9,373 nucleotides of DNA from a virus (lineage: Monodnaviria; Loebvirae; Hofneiviricota; Faserviricetes; Tubulavirales). The DNA is taken from the IMG/VR virus record IMGVR_UViG_2529293142_000001, positions 1-9,373 of that record; one strand, 5' to 3'. The translations under genes were made by a program, and so were the position numbers. Positions within the stretch are counted from its first letter, which is position 1. Each line of letters begins with the position of its first letter. Of this stretch, positions 1-9,373 are shown in pieces. The notes beneath the pieces are model-generated. The model saw only the letters and a program-made list of their open reading frames with translations. It did no database searches and was not told where the DNA came from.

Positions 1-117
<117 letters not shown>

Positions 118-151
118 CCTCATTGGTTGTTTTTTTGAACAATAATATGAG

Positions 152-538
152 TCAAGTAATTTCATCATTGTGGTGCTGTATATGGTGCCTGATTTTATTT
201 AGCAACTCTTCTAAGTTTCTTGATCTTAGCAAGGTAATACCAGTGAACTTAAAGATCATGTTTACTTTTTGATCTCTATCAACTCTATCAGGAAGATCGT
301 GTGAATAGTCATCAAGTTCAATTGCACATATGATTGAAAAATCATTTTTATTAACAATCAAAAAATCTATATGATATTGAGATATAGACCTAAATGCTTT
401 TATAAATGAATTATATTGAGTGTTCTTGTCAAATATAGGAACGATAATGTCTACCATTCTAACCTGTGAAAACACAAAAAAGTCCTGATGAAATTCATCA
501 TAAATCAATTTAAAAAAGCGACGTTCGCGATTGCTCAT
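152..538 (-). CDS. Hypothetical small protein, DUF2726-like / PD-(D/E)xK nuclease-like fold (128 aa)
   Basis: ATG at 538..536, TGA at 154..152. Motif block HIDFLIVNKNDFSIICAIELDDYSH...RDQKV...GITLLR matches my recollection of the DUF2726 pattern (VDFLI...IELDG.SH...RD..K...GI.LLR). Local sequence is much more AT-rich than the phage genes (about 25% GC in a 60-nt sample at 301..360). No clear Shine-Dalgarno upstream. Domain call is from memory, not a search. Confidence 0.45.
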   Translation of the reverse strand: MSNRERRFFKLIYDEFHQDFFVFSQVRMVDIIVPIFDKNTQYNSFIKAFRSISQYHIDFLIVNKNDFSIICAIELDDYSHDLPDRVDRDQKVNMIFKFTGITLLRSRNLEELLNKIRHHIQHHNDEIT

Positions 539-960
539 GAAATTTTTCTTTTGATAGAACTGGAATGCATCATACTGAAGTGTATGAGATTTCTTTGATG
601 TTGCTTTATAATTAAAGAGAGGAGGGGCATAATTTGGTGTGTTATCTGGAGCATGGTGTAACGTCTTATGTATACTTTCTTTTTTAGTTTTTATCTGTGA
701 GTCCTCGTATTAATGAATATAATGCCAAAAATAAAAGATAGAAAAAAATAGAGCTATAACTGAAAGTAACAGGGCAAGAGGTATTTGCCATAAGGGGATT
801 TTGGGAAACATAAAACGATCCTACAAATGAAAGGGGCGATATTATATGGTAAAAAAACGAAGATTAATACAATGAATCGGTAAGATTTTAAAAGATATCA
901 ACGTTAATACACTGTATTTAGATATAGTATTATGAACAGTTTATATAAAAGGATTATAAG

Positions 961-995
961 AAGGTCGCGACAGGAAAATATCCTAAGGCGACCTT
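961..995 (-). terminator. Possible weak intrinsic terminator downstream of the secretin gene
   Basis: Perfect 8-bp inverted repeat AAGGTCGC (961..968) / GCGACCTT (988..995) with an inner 4-bp stem AGGA/TCCT (972..975 / 981..984). On the minus strand the hairpin lies about 50 nt after the gene IV stop and is followed by CTTATAATCCTTTTAT, which is AU-rich but not a clean U-tract. Confidence 0.25.
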
Positions 996-1026
996 AGAGT
1001 GAGGAGACAGACATCATTTGATGTGA

Positions 1027-3595
<2,569 letters not shown>

Positions 3596-3612
3596 GTTTT
3601 ATCCCCGCATGA

Positions 3613-3972
3613 TTATTTACCAACAGAAAGTCCATTTGATTTAAACAAATCATAAATCAAACGATACACCCTGTCCTTATAAAGATATATGTAAGAGATA
3701 AATTGAACATGAAGAATGATATTAAAACAATCCTGAATGTTCAGAGGTAAGTAACTAAATGCAATTGTTATAACATCAATTTTATTAACCACGGAAATTT
3801 GACGAATAATAAAATTAACTGCAGTAATAAGTGCATAATATGACGTATAACAAAGACCAAGATAAGAAATAAGTCTGGCCCATGCGACAGCCTTATCGCC
3901 AATCAATCCGGCAATAAAACGTAGAGATTTTAAGACAATCTCAACAAAAAAAGCGCCTAAAATAGCCCACAT
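3613..3972 (-). CDS. VI: pVI-like minor coat protein (119 aa, hydrophobic)
   Basis: ATG at 3972..3970 overlaps the gene III TGA stop (ATGA). Size and hydrophobic character match Ff pVI (112 aa), and it sits between gene III and gene I as in Ff. Call is by position and composition, not motif. Confidence 0.55.
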   Translation of the reverse strand: MWAILGAFFVEIVLKSLRFIAGLIGDKAVAWARLISYLGLCYTSYYALITAVNFIIRQISVVNKIDVITIAFSYLPLNIQDCFNIILHVQFISYIYLYKDRVYRLIYDLFKSNGLSVGK

Positions 3973-5438
3973 CAGGATTTAACCTCACGTTCAAAAAGTG
4001 TACGACGCGTAATCACAAAAACACGAAGCATGGTCATCATATAAAGGGTGTATTCAAGAATGGAGCGAACATAATAATCATAAGCCTTTGCAAAATCAGT
4101 TGTGTCAACCTTAAAACCAATCACTCCAATTAAAGGAAGGTTAAAACTAAATTGCAAAACAAAAGGAAGTGCAATCCCATTGTTTGTATTCAATAGTTTA
4201 TCCAAATCGATTGTTAACCAATTACTATCATCATAATTTTCACTTCCCTGACCAGGCAAATATTGAGAAAGATCACTTAAAGGGAAATCACCTTCAGGTA
4301 AAGACGAAACCATATTTTTATTAATATTCTCAATACCGTTATCCAGTGAGTTTAAAGCATTGTCCATATCTGACTGAGAAACAGAAAAAATATTATTCAG
4401 ATCATTCACTGAACTCCAGATTCTCTGCAACCAGCCAAGAATATCACCAAGCCAGCCATCATCATCACCGGAAGTACTGCCACCGGATGAACCGCCGGAA
4501 GTGCTGCCACCGGACGAACCGCCGGAAGTGCTGCCACCGGATGAACCGCCGGAAGTGCTGCTGCCGGATGAACCGCCGGAAGTACTGCCACCGGATGAAC
4601 CGCCGGAAGTACTGCCACCGGACGAACCGCCGGAACTGCTGCCACCGGACGAACCGCCGGAAGTGCTGCCACCGGACGAACCGCCGGAAGTGCTGCCACC
4701 GGATGAACCGCCGGAACTGCTGCCGCCGGATGAACCGCCGGAACTGCTACCACCGGATGAACCGCCGGAATTATCACCACCTGATGACCCTCCTGAAACG
4801 CCACCACCGGATAAATTCCCCGAATTATCACCACCGTCAGTATTACCGTTATCTCCTTTATCTTCAGTATCTCCTTTATCTTCAGTATCTTCTTTATCAG
4901 AATAAGCCGGATCAACAGTTACAGGTTTCCAGGTAGCGGTACAAGAATCTGTACCATCGGGACAAATAACAACACCCGTTGCCTTATAAATGCATCCATG
5001 AATGGTGACATATTGATTACCCTCATCATCCTTATAAAAACCTGACAAAGAAACATTACTAAGCTCAGGACGGGATAAACAAACCTCCTCAGTAGGTTTA
5101 GCTGAATACGAAGCACCAAAATATTGACCGTAAAAGCTATCCTTACACTGAGAATAAACCTTAACACCATCCTCAAAATGGTAAGACTTATAAGAGATCC
5201 AGTTACCTGTAACCAGTAAAAAAGGCATACCAGAAAGTTGCTTAGTATCGCTGTAAGACGTCGTACAATAAAACGTATCACCTGAGCAGGATGCATATCC
5301 AGTAGTACAGGGTGGAGCTACACCGGCCCTTGCAACACGGGTACCGGAACCTGAATCACCAAGATATTCTGTCGTTGAAGCTGCATATGCAGAATCAAAT
5401 GAAAAAACCGCTACGAGGAAAATAAATATATATGCCAA
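3972..5438 (-). CDS. III: pIII-like adsorption / minor coat protein (488 aa): Cys-rich N-terminal domain, long Gly/Ser linker, hydrophobic C-terminal anchor
   Basis: Only available start is TTG at 5438..5436 (the frame opens at a TGA two codons upstream), preceded by GGGGTGAG Shine-Dalgarno; M13 gene III likewise uses a non-ATG (GTG) start. N-terminal hydrophobic leader, Cys-rich domain (about aa 40-180), acidic TEDKGD repeats, then (SGGSSGGST)n linker, then C-terminal domain ending in a hydrophobic anchor, which is Ff pIII architecture. Follows gene VIII and its terminator. Confidence 0.75.
   Translation of the reverse strand: MAYIFIFLVAVFSFDSAYAASTTEYLGDSGSGTRVARAGVAPPCTTGYASCSGDTFYCTTSYSDTKQLSGMPFLLVTGNWISYKSYHFEDGVKVYSQCKDSFYGQYFGASYSAKPTEEVCLSRPELSNVSLSGFYKDDEGNQYVTIHGCIYKATGVVICPDGTDSCTATWKPVTVDPAYSDKEDTEDKGDTEDKGDNGNTDGGDNSGNLSGGGVSGGSSGGDNSGGSSGGSSSGGSSGGSSSGGSSGGSTSGGSSGGSTSGGSSGGSSSGGSSGGSTSGGSSGGSTSGGSSGSSTSGGSSGGSTSGGSSGGSTSGGSSGGSTSGDDDGWLGDILGWLQRIWSSVNDLNNIFSVSQSDMDNALNSLDNGIENINKNMVSSLPEGDFPLSDLSQYLPGQGSENYDDSNWLTIDLDKLLNTNNGIALPFVLQFSFNLPLIGVIGFKVDTTDFAKAYDYYVRSILEYTLYMMTMLRVFVITRRTLFEREVKS
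4468..4791. repeat. Tandem 27-bp repeat array, 11 near-identical units plus 1 degenerate unit, in frame inside gene III
   Basis: Unit CCGGAAGTRCTGCCACCGGAYGAACCG repeats head-to-tail from 4468 with only 1-3 substitutions per unit; the last unit (4765..4791) is degenerate. Encodes the (SGGSSGGST)n linker on the minus strand. Confidence 0.9.
4851..4898. repeat. 18-bp tandem repeat (about 2.7 copies) encoding acidic TEDKGD repeats of pIII
   Basis: ATCTCCTTTATCTTCAGT at 4851..4868 and 4869..4886, then partial ATCTTCTTTATC at 4887..4898. Confidence 0.7.
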
Positions 5439-5457
5439 GACTCACCCCTGAATAAGC

Positions 5458-5480
5458 AAAAAAGCGCCCCGCAGGGCGCT
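5458..5480 (-). terminator. Rho-independent terminator immediately downstream of the major coat protein gene
   Basis: Minus-strand reading gives AGCGCCC-UGCG-GGGCGCU (7-bp stem, 6 G:C pairs, 4-nt loop) followed directly by a U6 run, 16 nt after the gene VIII stop. Ff phages have a strong terminator at the same place, between gene VIII and gene III. Confidence 0.65.
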
Positions 5481-5495
5481 GTTGTTAAATAACTA

Positions 5496-5756
<261 letters not shown>

Positions 5757-5763
5757 TTAAAAA

Positions 5764-5934
5764 TTAATTAACAACATCGCTGAACATCCGGCAGACCAGA
5801 GTGAAAATAACACCAAGGCCAAAACCAAGAAGCCAGCAGACAATCCAGACATACAGAACGGCCCAGTAAAGTTCCCCGTCCTGTACGCCGGAATTTATTG
5901 CGGATAAAACACCGCTGAAATCAAATTCAGTCAT
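5764..5934 (-). CDS. Small hydrophobic protein at the gene IX position (56 aa from ATG 5934; alternative GTG start at 5967 gives 67 aa)
   Basis: ATG at 5934..5932 overlaps the end of the preceding small ORF by 8 nt. Product MTEFDFSG...YWAVLYVWIVCWLLGFGLGVIFTLV has one transmembrane segment. Called by position and hydrophobicity only. Confidence 0.4.
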   Translation of the reverse strand: MTEFDFSGVLSAINSGVQDGELYWAVLYVWIVCWLLGFGLGVIFTLVCRMFSDVVN

Positions 5935-6067
5935 AATAACGCTGAACAGTAATGCTTTGTGAGTCACAGGCGCGAATCAGTTTTATTCCGATGCCAAAAC
6001 CTGAGGAAAATAAAATCAGTGCAGGCGCAGCGAATAAAACAAAGTTCAGAAAATCAGCGTCAGACAT
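5927..6067 (-). CDS. Small hydrophobic protein at the gene VII position (46 aa)
   Basis: ATG at 6067..6065, 4 nt after the upstream gene stop (6072). Product MSDADFLNFVLFAAPALILFSSGFGIGIKLIRA... (M13 pVII starts MEQVADF). The longer track ORF to 6121 would need a TTG start overlapping the upstream gene. Confidence 0.4.
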   Translation of the reverse strand: MSDADFLNFVLFAAPALILFSSGFGIGIKLIRACDSQSITVQRYYD

Positions 6068-6071
6068 ATCA

Positions 6072-6497
6072 TCAGCCTTTTTCTTTACCTGCGGGCAGTG
6101 CCCCCAGTGGCTGACCGTCAAAACGTTTCATGGAGCCGGAAATAAAACGATACCAGACGCCATGACGTTCAGAGCCTGTTGCCCATGAATTCACATCCAC
6201 CGTGAGATAAACAGGTTTACCCTTCAGGTCAGGACATGAATTAAAAAATTTAAAATCCTCCTCAGTACAGGAAAAGCGCTCATGCTCCTCACGACGGACT
6301 TTTAATTTTTTGTCCTCATACGGATAGGCAATAACAATGGCATATTTGGGTTTAGCCTCAGGGTTATAATGAGTACCACCGGGCTTTAACTCCTCATCAT
6401 TTATAACAGTGGCGTGAATAAAATATCCCGCCATTGTCATACCTGTCGCGAAACCTTCAGGTACAGGAAACGGAAAACTGTCGTAAAACTCATTCAT
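6072..6497 (-). CDS. Hypothetical protein at the gene V position (141 aa); ssDNA-binding role is a guess from position
   Basis: ATG at 6497..6495 with GAGGAG Shine-Dalgarno 8 nt upstream. Starts 30 nt after the end of the rep reading frame and is followed after 4 nt by the VII-position ORF. No recognisable similarity to M13 gV (87 aa), and it is larger. Confidence 0.4.
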   Translation of the reverse strand: MNEFYDSFPFPVPEGFATGMTMAGYFIHATVINDEELKPGGTHYNPEAKPKYAIVIAYPYEDKKLKVRREEHERFSCTEEDFKFFNSCPDLKGKPVYLTVDVNSWATGSERHGVWYRFISGSMKRFDGQPLGALPAGKEKG

Positions 6498-6527
6498 AAA
6501 TCAGACTCCTCAATGTTAAAAATTCAA

Positions 6528-9373
<2,846 letters not shown>

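Noticed and set aside
700-730. dif-like XerCD site (TAATGAATATAATG resembles the dif central region TAATGTATATTATG)
   Set aside because: Only the AT-rich central part matches; the flanking XerC and XerD binding arms, especially the conserved TTATGTTAAAT, are absent.
846-875. 9-codon plus-strand mini-ORF (MVKKRRLIQ) with an AAGGGG Shine-Dalgarno-like sequence
   Set aside because: Too short to support from sequence alone, with no conservation evidence available.
4468-4791. Regular 27-bp repeats as a possible CRISPR array
   Set aside because: Units are directly tandem with no intervening unique spacers, lie in frame inside a coding sequence, and no cas genes or leader are present.
4346-4936. 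Plus-strand ORFs (4346..4936, 4501..4905) and an alternative minus-frame ORF (4406..4915) with striking repetitive translations (PDEPPEVLP..., CCHRTNRRK...)
   Set aside because: They are out-of-frame or antisense readings of the 27-bp tandem array inside gene III; the repeat keeps every frame open. The pIII frame is the only one with signal peptide, domain architecture and a ribosome-binding site.

Overview
Almost the whole window is one minus-strand filamentous-phage (Inoviridae, Ff/M13-like) gene block in canonical Ff order: replication initiator, gene V-position ORF, two tiny hydrophobic ORFs (VII/IX positions), major coat pVIII, adsorption protein pIII, pVI, assembly ATPase pI (Zot family) and secretin pIV, spanning 8165 down to 1044. 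The structural and assembly genes are intact with tight or overlapping junctions and an intrinsic terminator after gene VIII, as in Ff phages. The replication initiator, recognisable by a Y-x-x-K-Y tyrosine motif, is broken into at least four reading-frame segments plus an in-frame TGA. Upstream of it, on the same strand and joined by overlapping stop/start codons, lie a 121-aa hypothetical ORF and an IS110-family DEDD transposase/recombinase gene that runs off the window end and carries a +1 frameshift in an A7 tract. I read this as a candidate phage-borne integration module, by analogy with Neisseria filamentous prophages. Left of gene IV is a roughly 1-kb AT-rich island with a small DUF2726-like (nuclease-fold) gene. 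All homology calls come from reading the translations and from memory of reference proteins; no database search was run. The frameshifts could be real pseudogenisation or sequencing errors, and the sequence alone cannot decide.
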